NCBI GenBank assembly: GCA_965208125.1
Contig: OZ242320.1
Span: 1,248,001-1,312,000, forward strand
DNA: 64,000 nucleotides
Direction: 5' to 3'
Source: Candidatus Latescibacterota bacterium
GTDB lineage: Bacteria > Latescibacterota > UBA2968
Shown here piece after piece: positions 38,744 to 48,634 of the stretch. Each line of letters opens with the position of its first letter. The first letter of the stretch is position 1. Below the pieces are notes generated by a model. That model was not told the origin of the DNA. It saw only the letters and a program-made list of their open reading frames with translations, and did no database searches. The position numbers and the translations under genes were made by a program.

Positions 38744-39532
38744 ATGATTACTCGATTAACAATTCTCGCATTATTGTTGACCCTGACCGCCCAAAATGCC
38801 ATGGCGGAAACCAATCCCCCAGCCGAAGGATTCAACCAATCAGAATCCGACGCAAAGGCAATAGAAATTGCCGATGCAGTCATGGCAAAAATGGGTGGAT
38901 GGGAAAATTGGAATCAGACCCGATACCTTACATGGCGTTTCTTTGGACGGCGCCTGCACGTATGGGATAAATGGACGGGCAACCTGCGGCATGAAGACGG
39001 GGACATGCTCATCTTGACGAACATAAACACCAAAAAAGGCCGCGTCTGGTTCGGAGGAACAGAGCAAACAAACCCCGACTCAGTAAAAAAATATATGAAC
39101 CAGGGTTACAGGCGGTGGATCAACGACTCTTACTGGCTCGTCATGCCCTATAAATTGAAAGACACGGGCGTCACCTTAAAATACAGCGGCGAAGACAAAA
39201 CCTTGAATGACCGCCCCGCGCACAAATTGACCCTCACCTTTCAAAACACCGGCGTCACGCCGCGAAACAAATACGATGTATGGGTAGATCAGGAGCAGAA
39301 CCTGGTCACAGAATGGGCTTTTTATCCCAAAGCATCGGACGCAGAACCGCGATTCCGCAGCCCGTGGACAAACTGGACAAAACACGGCAACATCCTGCTC
39401 TCCGACGGACGCGGATCAACGCGCAGAGGCGAACGCAAACATACGGATATAGCCGTCTTTGATACATTACCCGCCTCGGTATTTGAAAGCCCCGACCCCG
39501 TAGATCTGATGGCCCTAAAAGGATCGATGTGA
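38744..39532 (+). CDS. Secreted hypothetical protein
   Basis: AAGGAG RBS; signal peptide ..QNAMA; WINDSYWLVMPYKLKD.GV. Confidence 0.8.
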   Translation: MITRLTILALLLTLTAQNAMAETNPPAEGFNQSESDAKAIEIADAVMAKMGGWENWNQTRYLTWRFFGRRLHVWDKWTGNLRHEDGDMLILTNINTKKGRVWFGGTEQTNPDSVKKYMNQGYRRWINDSYWLVMPYKLKDTGVTLKYSGEDKTLNDRPAHKLTLTFQNTGVTPRNKYDVWVDQEQNLVTEWAFYPKASDAEPRFRSPWTNWTKHGNILLSDGRGSTRRGERKHTDIAVFDTLPASVFESPDPVDLMALKGSM

Positions 39533-39534
39533 AT

Positions 39535-39978
39535 CTATCCCGCGAGAATATCCTTGAGCGAATCAAAACCACCTTGAAAAACCCCATTGCCCACAAAATC
39601 GACCAGTTCATCTTCTTCATCTGCTGGACAGCCAAATTCTGCAGTCCACTGAATATACGTCCGATTGCCATCCGTAATAGGCGTCAAACTCAAAGTCGCC
39701 ACATAGTCTTCAACCGGCATGGGCGACTCGAGAATAGAATACGTACACGTAAAAGTAACATCGCTCAACGTAAGCAATTGTTCGCGAATATTGCCGCCAT
39801 CATGCAAATTAAAATTGCGAATACAGCCCACACTATCGCTGGGTTCACCACCTTCAATATGGCTATCTGCAATCGCGGGATGCCATTTGGGCAGCGCATT
39901 AAAATCGCGAATCTTTTCCCACACAGCATCTACTGAAGCGTCGAGAACCGAACTGATAAATACATTGGCCTTGGCCAT
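39535..39978 (-). CDS. SRPBCC (polyketide cyclase 2/MxaD-like) protein
   Basis: VWEKIRDFNALPKWHP, GCIR, IREQL; GGAGG RBS. Confidence 0.88.
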   Translation of the reverse strand: MAKANVFISSVLDASVDAVWEKIRDFNALPKWHPAIADSHIEGGEPSDSVGCIRNFNLHDGGNIREQLLTLSDVTFTCTYSILESPMPVEDYVATLSLTPITDGNRTYIQWTAEFGCPADEEDELVDFVGNGVFQGGFDSLKDILAG

Positions 39979-40032
39979 ATCATCTTCCTCCATGTGTTAT
40001 TGTTTGAATAGCGCAGCATGGTATAGTACAGT

Positions 40033-40339
40033 TTAAGATGCAACCTCTTTCCATTCCAGGCGGACTTTAAGTCCATTCAATTGCCCCCAATTAAAGGCGA
40101 TAGGCGGCCTCAATGCCGAGCCATACGTTCGCGTCAACGCCCAGCACTCTTTCAAACTGTAATGCCGTCGCTGGCTCAAGGGAGGCTTTCCCAGAGATGA
40201 TCTCGCTGATCAGCTTCGGAGAACGCCCACACCGCCGCGCGAACTCGGCCTGGGATATACCTTGCGCTTCCAAACGCTCCTCCAAAACCCAGCCCGGCGG
40301 GACCGCATAGTCTGGAAGATACTCATGAACTGCTGCCAT
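40033..40339 (-). pseudogene. higA: HigA-family HTH antitoxin, apparently internally deleted
   Basis: PDYAVPPGWVLEE, SQAEFARRCGRSPKLISEII; stop at 40091; an out-of-frame tail WGQLNGLKVRLEWKE follows. Confidence 0.7.
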
Positions 40340-40353
40340 TGCTCGCTCCTTGT

Positions 40354-40425
40354 TCAGTGGTAGTCGATCACTTCAATGATCGTGATTGCACTCACTTTCT
40401 TCGCATCTATTCCACCATCCTCCTT
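40354..40425 (-). pseudogene. C-terminal remnant of a HigB-like toxin
   Basis: KEDGGIDAKKVSAITIIEVIDYH-stop directly upstream of higA, with no N-terminal part. Confidence 0.65.
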
Positions 40426-40587
40426 ACTCAAAAATTAGCCGATAGAAATAGAAAAATGCAAGAATAATCTGGTAGCAATAGTATCGCTGTCTGGCGAACA
40501 GTGTAAAAAGCTCCTTTGCCAGACCATATTAACCTGCTATATTCCTGATCCTACTATTCCTCGCCCAATCAATAACAGGAGATAAAC

Positions 40588-41637
40588 ATGGAACTATTAA
40601 AAGAATTGTGTGAATGTTCGGGAGTCCCCGGGCGCGAAGAGCGGTTGCGCGAAATCGTGCGGCGAGAGTTGGAACCCATCGCAGATGAACTTCGCGTAGA
40701 TGGAATGGGCAACTTGATAATCAAAAAGAACGCAAGCGCGGAAGAAAATCCAAAAAAACTGATGCTGGCCGCGCACATGGACGAAATAGGCTTTGTCGTA
40801 TCCCACATCGACAAACAGGGGCTCTTGCGCCTCGTACCCCTCGGCGGGCACGACCCCCGCAACATGGTAGCGCAACGAGTCACCGTCGCAGGCACCGAAA
40901 AAGACTACACCGGCCTGCTCTATCCCGGCGTAAAACCCCCGCATATCCAGACAGAAGCCGACCGCAACAAAAAATTAGACGTCAGCGACTTTGTCGTAGA
41001 TCTCTACATGTCAGCCGACGACGTCAAAGAAGAAATCGAAATCGGCGCAATGGTAACACTACAACGCGACTTTGTCGAAATTGGCAACGGCGTAAGTTGT
41101 AAAGCCATGGACAATCGGCTCGCCGTATATGTCATGATCGAAGCCGTAAAACGGGCCGACTCCTTCGCCTTTGAAACGTATCCCGTAGCCACAGTGCAGG
41201 AAGAAATTGGCCTGCGAGGGGCAACCGCGAGTGCCTTTGGCGTAAACCCAGACGTGGGCGTGGCACTGGACATCACACTGGCAGCCGACATACCGGGCAT
41301 CCCAGAGCACGAACAGGTCACGCGCCTGGGAGAAGGCGCTGCGATAAAAATTCAGGATTCCAGCTCAATTTCACACCCGGGATTAGTCGCACACATGAAA
41401 ACCCTCGCAAAAGAGCGCGACATCAAATACCAGATGGAAATACTGCCTCGGGGCGGCACAGACGCAGGTGGAATACAGCGGATTCGAGCCGGCGTACCCG
41501 TAATCACCCTCTCCATCCCCACGCGCTACGTACACACATCAATCGAATTGGCCGACAAAGACGACATCGAAGCCACCATTCAACTATTGGCAGCCTTTCT
41601 CGAAGAAGGCCACCGCACGAACTGGGACATGGTGTGA
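40588..41637 (+). CDS. M42 (TET) aminopeptidase
   Basis: AAHMDEIG, KAMDNR, VQEEIGLRGA, GGTDAG, RYVH. Confidence 0.95.
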   Translation: MELLKELCECSGVPGREERLREIVRRELEPIADELRVDGMGNLIIKKNASAEENPKKLMLAAHMDEIGFVVSHIDKQGLLRLVPLGGHDPRNMVAQRVTVAGTEKDYTGLLYPGVKPPHIQTEADRNKKLDVSDFVVDLYMSADDVKEEIEIGAMVTLQRDFVEIGNGVSCKAMDNRLAVYVMIEAVKRADSFAFETYPVATVQEEIGLRGATASAFGVNPDVGVALDITLAADIPGIPEHEQVTRLGEGAAIKIQDSSSISHPGLVAHMKTLAKERDIKYQMEILPRGGTDAGGIQRIRAGVPVITLSIPTRYVHTSIELADKDDIEATIQLLAAFLEEGHRTNWDMV

Positions 41638-41643
41638 GTTTCG

Positions 41644-42597
41644 TCACCGCCTCTGCTCCTCATGAAAAAGAAACGAAAGCAACGTAAACCGACGTCCCCG
41701 GGTCACCGGCTGGACCTCGTGGAGAAAAGAACTGGAAAACGCGATCGCATCGCCTGCTGGCGGGCGATAGCGGTGGGGACCAAACTCGGGAAAAACCAGA
41801 TAACCACCTGTGTAATCGTCATTGAGATTGAGCGTAAGCGCAAAGCGGCGATGGGCAGTTGAAGGACTGAGATTATCGCGATGAGCGCGAAAAAAACCGC
41901 CACTCTCTGCGTCATAACACGCGATTTTGAAACCCTCAAACCGCGTCGCCCGGTAGTGGAAAGCGCGTTGTACCTCGGGCATAACCCGCCGCCCCACCGT
42001 AGAAGTAAGCAACCGCAAAAGTCGGGCATCGGTAACCTCGTGGTCTCGCCGCTTCTTGTTCTGATAGTCAATAACATCGCGCCGCACGCCAGATTGGGAA
42101 CTTTCAACGCCAGTTTCTATATTGCCCTTTGTCGCCCATACATTGATAAGCGCCTGGCAGATATCCGGAGTCAGAACATTGGGAATAAGCAGAACCGGAG
42201 CCTGGACAGTGACATCAATCGCCTGGTGAGAAGGCAAGCTCTCAAACGCGCGATAAATCTGATCAAACGCATTCGGATCCTCAATCCCCGACAGAACCCG
42301 CAGATTGGCATCCAGCGCGAACGCGGCAAAATCTCCCTCGAGACCATAAGCTTTGCCAACCGCGTTTTCACTGTCGATAAACACTGTAACACTCGCCTTT
42401 GCGAGCTCCGACGGACCAACAACAAAAACATCTACCTCTTCCGAAACTTCCAAACCTTCTAAAACCTGCTCTTCCCCCGTAAAAATCAAAAGTGTCGGGC
42501 GACCACCTGCGCGAGAATAAAAGCGTGTGTGAGGACCGTCTATTGTCGGAAGAACAAAATCGGAAGCGCGTTCACCCCGGTTGAGAATACTCATCAT
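41644..42597 (-). CDS. 2OG-Fe(II) oxygenase with degenerate N-terminal redoxin-like domain
   Basis: FRAHRDN, GGYLVFPEFG, LHEV.PVTRGRRF; start uncertain. Confidence 0.85.
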   Translation of the reverse strand: MMSILNRGERASDFVLPTIDGPHTRFYSRAGGRPTLLIFTGEEQVLEGLEVSEEVDVFVVGPSELAKASVTVFIDSENAVGKAYGLEGDFAAFALDANLRVLSGIEDPNAFDQIYRAFESLPSHQAIDVTVQAPVLLIPNVLTPDICQALINVWATKGNIETGVESSQSGVRRDVIDYQNKKRRDHEVTDARLLRLLTSTVGRRVMPEVQRAFHYRATRFEGFKIACYDAESGGFFRAHRDNLSPSTAHRRFALTLNLNDDYTGGYLVFPEFGPHRYRPPAGDAIAFSSSFLHEVQPVTRGRRFTLLSFLFHEEQRR

Positions 42598-42616
42598 GAG
42601 CCTCTTAGCGTTTAAC

Positions 42617-44536
42617 ATGAACCATCATTCACATTGCATTTATCTATTTCTCTTCTTTCTCGGATGCCTTGCCCCCGATTCCGGTCAGAACACACCTGCT
42701 CAATCCACATCCAGCACTCAAAAACACGCACCTCAGACCCGTGCCCCCCTCAAAATTGATCCCGTCATACTCCAGAACCGCACCTTTAACGAAGCCCCCA
42801 TGTTCTCGGAACAGGTCAAACATGGCAAACTCCCACCCGTCTCTGAGCGACTGCCCGAAAATCCCCTCGTCATCGTACCCATCGAAGAAATCGGCACCTA
42901 CGGCGGCACGCTGAGACGCGCCCTCACCGGCGACATCGTACAAACCCCGGGACCCAACAAAACCCTCAACGAAAACCTCATGGGCTATGAACGCCCCTTT
43001 CCAAACAGCATCCAACACAACCTATCTGAGCACTTTACTTATGAGGACAGTGGCAAAGTCGCAATTTTCAAAATCCGCAAAGGCGTCAAATGGTCCGACG
43101 GCCACCCATTCACCGTTGACGACATCCTCTTCTGGTATTACGACATGACCTTTGATGACGACGCCCGTCAAAATCCCTTTCCGCCAGCGGGATGGATGGT
43201 AGATGGCAAACCCATGCAGTTCAAAAAAATTGATCCACACACCCTTGAAATCTCATCGCCCAAACCTCTGGGTCGCGTACTTCACGAACTCAGCCGCGCT
43301 CTAATCGCCGCGCCAAAACACATCCTGTCCCCCCTGCACCCCAAATACAATTCCAAAACCGATTACAACGCCTTTCGCGAAGCCACGACCAGCGCGCAAT
43401 TGCTCATGCAGCCCGGCATCCCTCGCATCTCTGCCTGGATCCCCGTCGAATGGATTAGAGGTCAGCGCATTGTCTATGAGCGCAACCCCTACTACTGGAA
43501 AATAGATACAGCGGGCAATCAGCTTCCCTATGCCGACCGCATCATCTTCAACATCATCCAGGACCCCCAGGTAATCCTGCTAAAATTCATCAACGGCGAA
43601 CTCGACTTAATCGGGCGTTATACCCGCATCGACATGTTCCCCACCCTCAAGGTAAAAGAGAAAAACGGGAAATTCAATCTCCGAATCACCGGACCCAACA
43701 GAGGCCCTGCCTACCACCTCAACTGGGACGCACCCAACCCCGCCTTGCGAGAAGCTTTTCGCAACAAAAACGTCCGCATCGCACTCTCACACGCTATAAA
43801 CCGCGAAGAAATTGACGAAATAGTCTTCCACGGCCTCCTCGACCCCTCGGGCTATTCCTTCGGGCCTATAAGCCCCTATTTTTCTCCAAAAGCCTATAAA
43901 AAATACGCCGAATACGACCCCGACAAAGCCAGACGTCTCCTCGACAGCGAAGGCTATATCGACACCGATGGCGATGGCATCCGCGAACTTCGGGATGGCT
44001 CGCGCTTTGAACTCACCATCGACTTCGTACATCCCGGCGGCATGTTCAACGGCCAACCCGTCTCCGAACTGGTTGCCGACCACTGGCGAACTGTGGGGAT
44101 CAAAGTCAACCTCAACGGCGGCCTGCGCGACATCATTGTCCCTCGCCGCTACAACTGCGAATACGATGTTCACTACTGGGGCCTCGAAGGACCTAACGCC
44201 CCCTTAACATATCCCATTGGCTGGGCTATCCTGGCTAAAAACGTACCCTACTGGCATCAGAAAGCCTGGGACGAAGGTCCCCCCTGGCTGCGCGAAGCCA
44301 CCAGATACGTCCGATTGGCGATGACCACCGTCGATACTGCAAAACTCCGCACATACATGACCCGCGTGCGCGACCTCCACACGGAAAACGTCCCCATCAT
44401 CACCATCGGTTCTGCGTACCACGTTTGGGGTGCCAGCAGTCGCCTGGGCAATATCCCTTATGAAAACGTGGCCGACAACGCCTTTCTGGGCTGGAGTCGG
44501 CCGGTATTTCACGAGCAGATATTTGTGAAAAAATAG
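42617..44536 (+). CDS. ABC transporter substrate-binding lipoprotein (family 5)
   Basis: Lipobox FLG-C; GKLPPVSERLP, KWSDGHPFT.DD, RNPYYWKID.AGNQLPY. Confidence 0.92.
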   Translation: MNHHSHCIYLFLFFLGCLAPDSGQNTPAQSTSSTQKHAPQTRAPLKIDPVILQNRTFNEAPMFSEQVKHGKLPPVSERLPENPLVIVPIEEIGTYGGTLRRALTGDIVQTPGPNKTLNENLMGYERPFPNSIQHNLSEHFTYEDSGKVAIFKIRKGVKWSDGHPFTVDDILFWYYDMTFDDDARQNPFPPAGWMVDGKPMQFKKIDPHTLEISSPKPLGRVLHELSRALIAAPKHILSPLHPKYNSKTDYNAFREATTSAQLLMQPGIPRISAWIPVEWIRGQRIVYERNPYYWKIDTAGNQLPYADRIIFNIIQDPQVILLKFINGELDLIGRYTRIDMFPTLKVKEKNGKFNLRITGPNRGPAYHLNWDAPNPALREAFRNKNVRIALSHAINREEIDEIVFHGLLDPSGYSFGPISPYFSPKAYKKYAEYDPDKARRLLDSEGYIDTDGDGIRELRDGSRFELTIDFVHPGGMFNGQPVSELVADHWRTVGIKVNLNGGLRDIIVPRRYNCEYDVHYWGLEGPNAPLTYPIGWAILAKNVPYWHQKAWDEGPPWLREATRYVRLAMTTVDTAKLRTYMTRVRDLHTENVPIITIGSAYHVWGASSRLGNIPYENVADNAFLGWSRPVFHEQIFVKK

Positions 44537-45361
44537 CTATTTTAAAAAAGACCTCAGAAAATTCGCAGACCGGATCGCGGCTTCATCGGGTGGCAGGTCC
44601 CCACCAAAGGCGTGATGCAGCGTTACATAACCGCGGTAATTGATGCTGTGCAACCCATCAAAAACTTTCTGAAAATCTATACCGCCAGATTCATCGAGTG
44701 GTCGCAAAGTGGAATAAACCGTACCGCGCACATAGGTGGTCATAGGCATATCGCCATTGGGGTCTGGAACGTGATTTTGCAAATAAACGTTAAAAAGATA
44801 CGGTGCAAAACGTTTGAGGGTATCGGAACCGTAGTCTTCCCCACACAGAGCCAAATTAGCAGGCTCGTAAATAATCCCAAAATTAGGTCGGCCAATACTC
44901 TGAAGCGTCTCAATCGACCCCGCAACAGTTTCAAAAAGGCTCTGAGTATGCGATTGATGTGCCAGACGTATATCTCGCTCGGCTGCCTCATCGGCTGCGC
45001 GCTGGGCGTGCGCGATATCTGCATCGGTCTTGATACAGACGCGCAGTAAATCGCAGCCAAGCGCGTCTGCCAGATCGAGGTGCGGGGTAATATTGCGCAA
45101 GCTCTCCGGTCCATTGGTGCCATTCTCGGGTATTGCAAAATCGCCGGTTGCCATTGAAACCGCGAGATTGTGTCTCTTCAAAATATGTTGCACTTCAACA
45201 ATGCGTTCGGGCGGACTGTGCGTACCCACGCCCGATGCGCGCATGCAAAGTGCTTTATAACCTGCGCTTTGGGCAATCTCCGCGAGTTCGGGCAGGGCAA
45301 TTGCCAAATCGCGTTTATTGCGAAAGCTTTCCGCCACGCGGACTGAGAGAGAAAGTTGCAT
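44537..45361 (-). CDS. Sugar phosphate isomerase/epimerase (xylose isomerase-like TIM barrel)
   Basis: Family pattern (LRV, NFGIIYEPANL, GIDF..V...L..INYRGYVTL); several metal ligands look substituted. Confidence 0.75.
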   Translation of the reverse strand: MQLSLSVRVAESFRNKRDLAIALPELAEIAQSAGYKALCMRASGVGTHSPPERIVEVQHILKRHNLAVSMATGDFAIPENGTNGPESLRNITPHLDLADALGCDLLRVCIKTDADIAHAQRAADEAAERDIRLAHQSHTQSLFETVAGSIETLQSIGRPNFGIIYEPANLALCGEDYGSDTLKRFAPYLFNVYLQNHVPDPNGDMPMTTYVRGTVYSTLRPLDESGGIDFQKVFDGLHSINYRGYVTLHHAFGGDLPPDEAAIRSANFLRSFLK

Positions 45362-45376
45362 CGCAGTCTCCATTGG

Positions 45377-45457
45377 AAGTGTGAAGGATGAAGTGTGAAG
45401 TAGGAAATTGGATGAGGCATCAGCTTTAGGGTGGTGAGGCGGGGCCTTCTAACTTCT
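45377..45457. repeat. Heptamer-bordered miniature repeat, copy 2
   Basis: gaagtgtgaag...gcatcagctttagggtggtgaggcggggccttctaacttct. Confidence 0.65.
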
Positions 45458-45551
45458 CCTGGTGAAAATTTCAACTTGCATCAGATTGGTTTTTAACTAT
45501 TCTTACCCTTATCACATATTTTTCCTTGCCACTGCGATGGAAGGTGATGTC

Positions 45552-46208
45552 ATGATTGAAATGCGGGTTGTAGATTTACGTCAAGAGCATTCAGAACAGA
45601 ACGTGGTGTGGCTGCAAAGTGTTGAGGGCAGTGTAATGGTGCCCATTGAAATTGGTCATATCGAATATCGGTCTATTCGTTCAGAACTCGAAGGTAAATC
45701 CATGCCGCGACCTCTTGCCTATGATTTGATGTGTACAATGTTGGCACATTTTGATGCCGAAGTTGAGCAGGTGCAGATTGTCGAATTGAAAGATCACATC
45801 TTCTACGCCGAACTCATCCTCTTTGCCCGGGGTGAACAAGTGCGTTTAGACGCCCGCCCCAGTGATAGTATCGTGCTGGCACTCAAATTTGGCGCACCCA
45901 TCTATATGGATGCCAAAATTATTCAACAAGTGGGATTCAAAGTCCGCCGCACCGAATATGGTTATGAACTTGAGCAATTGAATCCACCCCGGGAACAAGA
46001 CGTTCTTGAAGAACCTGTTTTGGACATCGCGCAGGCAGCCGAGCAGCCACTGGAAGGTGTTGATTTGCAGGGACAAGATATCGATCCAGATGAACTGCTG
46101 AAAATTTTGAAAGAGCAGATGAATAAAGCGGTTCAAGAAGAGCGGTACGAAGATGCGGGAATAATTCGAGATGAAATTGAGCGGATAGAAGAAAAAAGTG
46201 AGAAGTAA
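45552..46208 (+). CDS. Bifunctional nuclease (DUF151) with C-terminal UVR domain
   Basis: PIEIG..E, PRPLAYDL, LDARPSDSI; AVQEERYEDAGIIRDEI. Confidence 0.9.
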   Translation: MIEMRVVDLRQEHSEQNVVWLQSVEGSVMVPIEIGHIEYRSIRSELEGKSMPRPLAYDLMCTMLAHFDAEVEQVQIVELKDHIFYAELILFARGEQVRLDARPSDSIVLALKFGAPIYMDAKIIQQVGFKVRRTEYGYELEQLNPPREQDVLEEPVLDIAQAAEQPLEGVDLQGQDIDPDELLKILKEQMNKAVQEERYEDAGIIRDEIERIEEKSEK

Positions 46209-46216
46209 GATTTCTC

Positions 46217-46242
46217 GTAGGGGCGACCCCTTGTGGTCGCCC
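46217..46242. repeat. GTAG-type REP
   Basis: gtaggggcgaccccttgtggtcgccc. Confidence 0.8.
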
Positions 46243-46281
46243 GCGCTCGGGTAGGGTGTCCCTCTCACCTCTCACAGCCTT

Positions 46282-47046
46282 TTAAACAGGTATCAACACA
46301 GTGCTGTGCGCCTCGACATGACCGATATTCTCGTCGATTTCGCTGCGATTCATCATGCCAACAGTAATGGCGTCAATCGCTGGAATATCGAGAACGTAGT
46401 GGATGGCATCGCGTGCGGGCAGGTCGCCGCGGCCCACGACTTTCATCCCATAAACACCGATATCATTGGCATCCATTTCTTCCAGAATGGGAACGACGCG
46501 TTCGGGCGGACCATCCATATTTTTCCCTGCGTAATTGATACGCGCCAAAACAACATCGACCCATGGGGTAATAGCTGCACGCTGGAAGGCATCGATATCG
46601 TGACAGGAAACACCATGTGCGCGAATGATGCCTTTTTGCTTTTTATCGGCCAGGACATCCATAACCCCGCGATAGGAACTGGGCCAGTCTTCATCTGTCA
46701 GACAGTGCATGAGAACGATATCGATATAATCCGTATCTAACTCGCTCAAAATGCGATCCATATCGCGCTCTGCCTCATAGGCTGTTGTCGCGCGAATTTT
46801 GGATGTAATAACAACCCGATCGCGATCGATATGCGCCAATGCGCCCGCGAGATGGGCATGACTGCCGTATTGATCGGCACTATCCCAAAATGTGATGCCT
46901 CGCTCAAAGCCATAGATGAGCAAATCAACAAGTTCGCTCGTCCCCAGATCCGTCTGATTGGAACGCCCGCCCCAGCCATTGGTACCAGTACCAAAACTGA
47001 GTTGCGAGACCAATATACCAGTCGTGCCGAGTTCGACAGTTTTCAC
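46282..47046 (-). CDS. Aldo/keto reductase
   Basis: LGTTG, WDSADQYG, TDYIDIVLMH, GVSCH; AAGGAG RBS before GTG 47046. Confidence 0.9.
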   Translation of the reverse strand: MKTVELGTTGILVSQLSFGTGTNGWGGRSNQTDLGTSELVDLLIYGFERGITFWDSADQYGSHAHLAGALAHIDRDRVVITSKIRATTAYEAERDMDRILSELDTDYIDIVLMHCLTDEDWPSSYRGVMDVLADKKQKGIIRAHGVSCHDIDAFQRAAITPWVDVVLARINYAGKNMDGPPERVVPILEEMDANDIGVYGMKVVGRGDLPARDAIHYVLDIPAIDAITVGMMNRSEIDENIGHVEAHSTVLIPV

Positions 47047-47165
47047 GGTAAACTCCTTTCCCGTCTTCAGTATTTTTTCCTGCAATTTTTAGTATATTAA
47101 AGCACAGTCTTGCATCCGTCAACGGATTTTGGTCCCCTCTCCTCTGAGGAAGGAATATTACCGCC

Positions 47166-48206
47166 ATGAGACTCGGGCTAATTGGATTGCCGCAGGTCGG
47201 AAAAAAAACGCTATTCCGTTTGCTAACCGGGCACACAGGTGAAATGGGTCAGGCAAAGGTAAGAGATGTGCGGTTTGATCGGCTCGTGGAAATGTATAAA
47301 CCCGCACGCGAAGTACCTGCAGAAATAGCATTTGTACTATTGCCCGACCTGGACATACAGGCCGATCGCAACATACCTGTTTTCCAGGATCTCGCGCGGG
47401 TAGATGTAATCTGCTTCCTCGCCCGGGTATTTGAAAACGACACCGTATTTCACATTGCTGGCGATATAAATCCCAAACGCGACATACGGTCTTTTTGGGA
47501 AGAACTATTGCTCGCCGACCTGATCTTTGTAGAAAAGCGACTGGAGCGAATAGCACAAGACCGGCACACAAAAGACAGACTGCGAATAGAGCAAGAAAAG
47601 AACTTAATGACGCGCATGCAGGCGCATCTGGAAGCCGGAAACCCCCTGCGTCAATTTCCACTGACCTCAGACGAAGTAAAACTGACATCCAGCTATCCCT
47701 TCTTAACCACCAAAGCAGTGCTCGTAGTGCTGAACACAGGCGAAGACCAAATCGGCGAAGACGGAATCATAGATGAAATAGCCGCTGATTTTGCCGACTG
47801 TGATTTTGAATGGATCGCAATATCCGCACAAATCGAAGAAGAAATCTCGCTACTTGACGACGAAACACGCGAGGAATTTCTAGCCGACCTCGGCATTGAA
47901 CAGCCCGCGCTGGACCGGCTCACCTTATTGTGTTATGAAACCCTGGGATTGATTTCATTCTTCACAGTAGTCAATGACGAAGTACACGCCTGGACGATTC
48001 CGAGAGGTTCCCTGGCACCGCAGGCGGGAGGCGCAGTTCACGGAGACATCGAGCGGGGATTCATCCGGGCTGAAGTCATGCGCTACGAAGACTTAATCGC
48101 ATTGGGAGAAGAGCAAAAAGTAAAAGCAGCGGGCAAGCTCATGGTCAAAGGAAAAGACGCAGAGATCTTTGATGGCGATGTGATACACTTCTTGTTTAAG
48201 GTTTGA
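47166..48206 (+). CDS. ychF: YchF-like ATPase (divergent G domain)
   Basis: ELLLADL, FLTTK, LISFFT, EVHAWTI, H.DIERGFIRAEV, DGDVIHFLF. Confidence 0.85.
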   Translation: MRLGLIGLPQVGKKTLFRLLTGHTGEMGQAKVRDVRFDRLVEMYKPAREVPAEIAFVLLPDLDIQADRNIPVFQDLARVDVICFLARVFENDTVFHIAGDINPKRDIRSFWEELLLADLIFVEKRLERIAQDRHTKDRLRIEQEKNLMTRMQAHLEAGNPLRQFPLTSDEVKLTSSYPFLTTKAVLVVLNTGEDQIGEDGIIDEIAADFADCDFEWIAISAQIEEEISLLDDETREEFLADLGIEQPALDRLTLLCYETLGLISFFTVVNDEVHAWTIPRGSLAPQAGGAVHGDIERGFIRAEVMRYEDLIALGEEQKVKAAGKLMVKGKDAEIFDGDVIHFLFKV

Positions 48207-48307
48207 GATCAATCCTTTATCCGTTATTTTTCTTTACATATAGACCCTTTTTGCATATTATTTCACGCTCTACAAAGATCTGTTTCACCCCAACAGGAGA
48301 TTGCATT

Positions 48308-48592
48308 ATGGCCGCCAAAATCTCGGAAATATTCACCGAATACGAAGAAGCGAACAAAGGCCTGGAACCCACTGGCAGTAAGTTTGATACCGAACAAGAA
48401 ATCCCGGTAGAAAAATATTGCTGCATCACGGGTGAAGCGGTAAAATCGAGCTTTTGCCGTTATCCCGACCTAAAAGAAGACACCATGATGGTCATGTCAA
48501 AAGAGCAGATGCTATTGCACTCCCGCAATGGTGGCAATATTTCAAAAATATTTAAACAAGTACTGGCACTTCGCAGAAAACGGGAACAGTAG
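48308..48592 (+). CDS. Small hypothetical protein
   Basis: AGGAG RBS; 94 aa ORF. Confidence 0.65.
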   Translation: MAAKISEIFTEYEEANKGLEPTGSKFDTEQEIPVEKYCCITGEAVKSSFCRYPDLKEDTMMVMSKEQMLLHSRNGGNISKIFKQVLALRRKREQ

Positions 48593-48634
48593 GCGACGCC
48601 CCATCGCGATTTCCAACCCTCACCCCTTTCGAGA

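Noticed and set aside
30700-44500. Strong C-over-G skew on the + strand
   Set aside because: It holds regardless of gene orientation, consistent with ordinary replication-strand bias.
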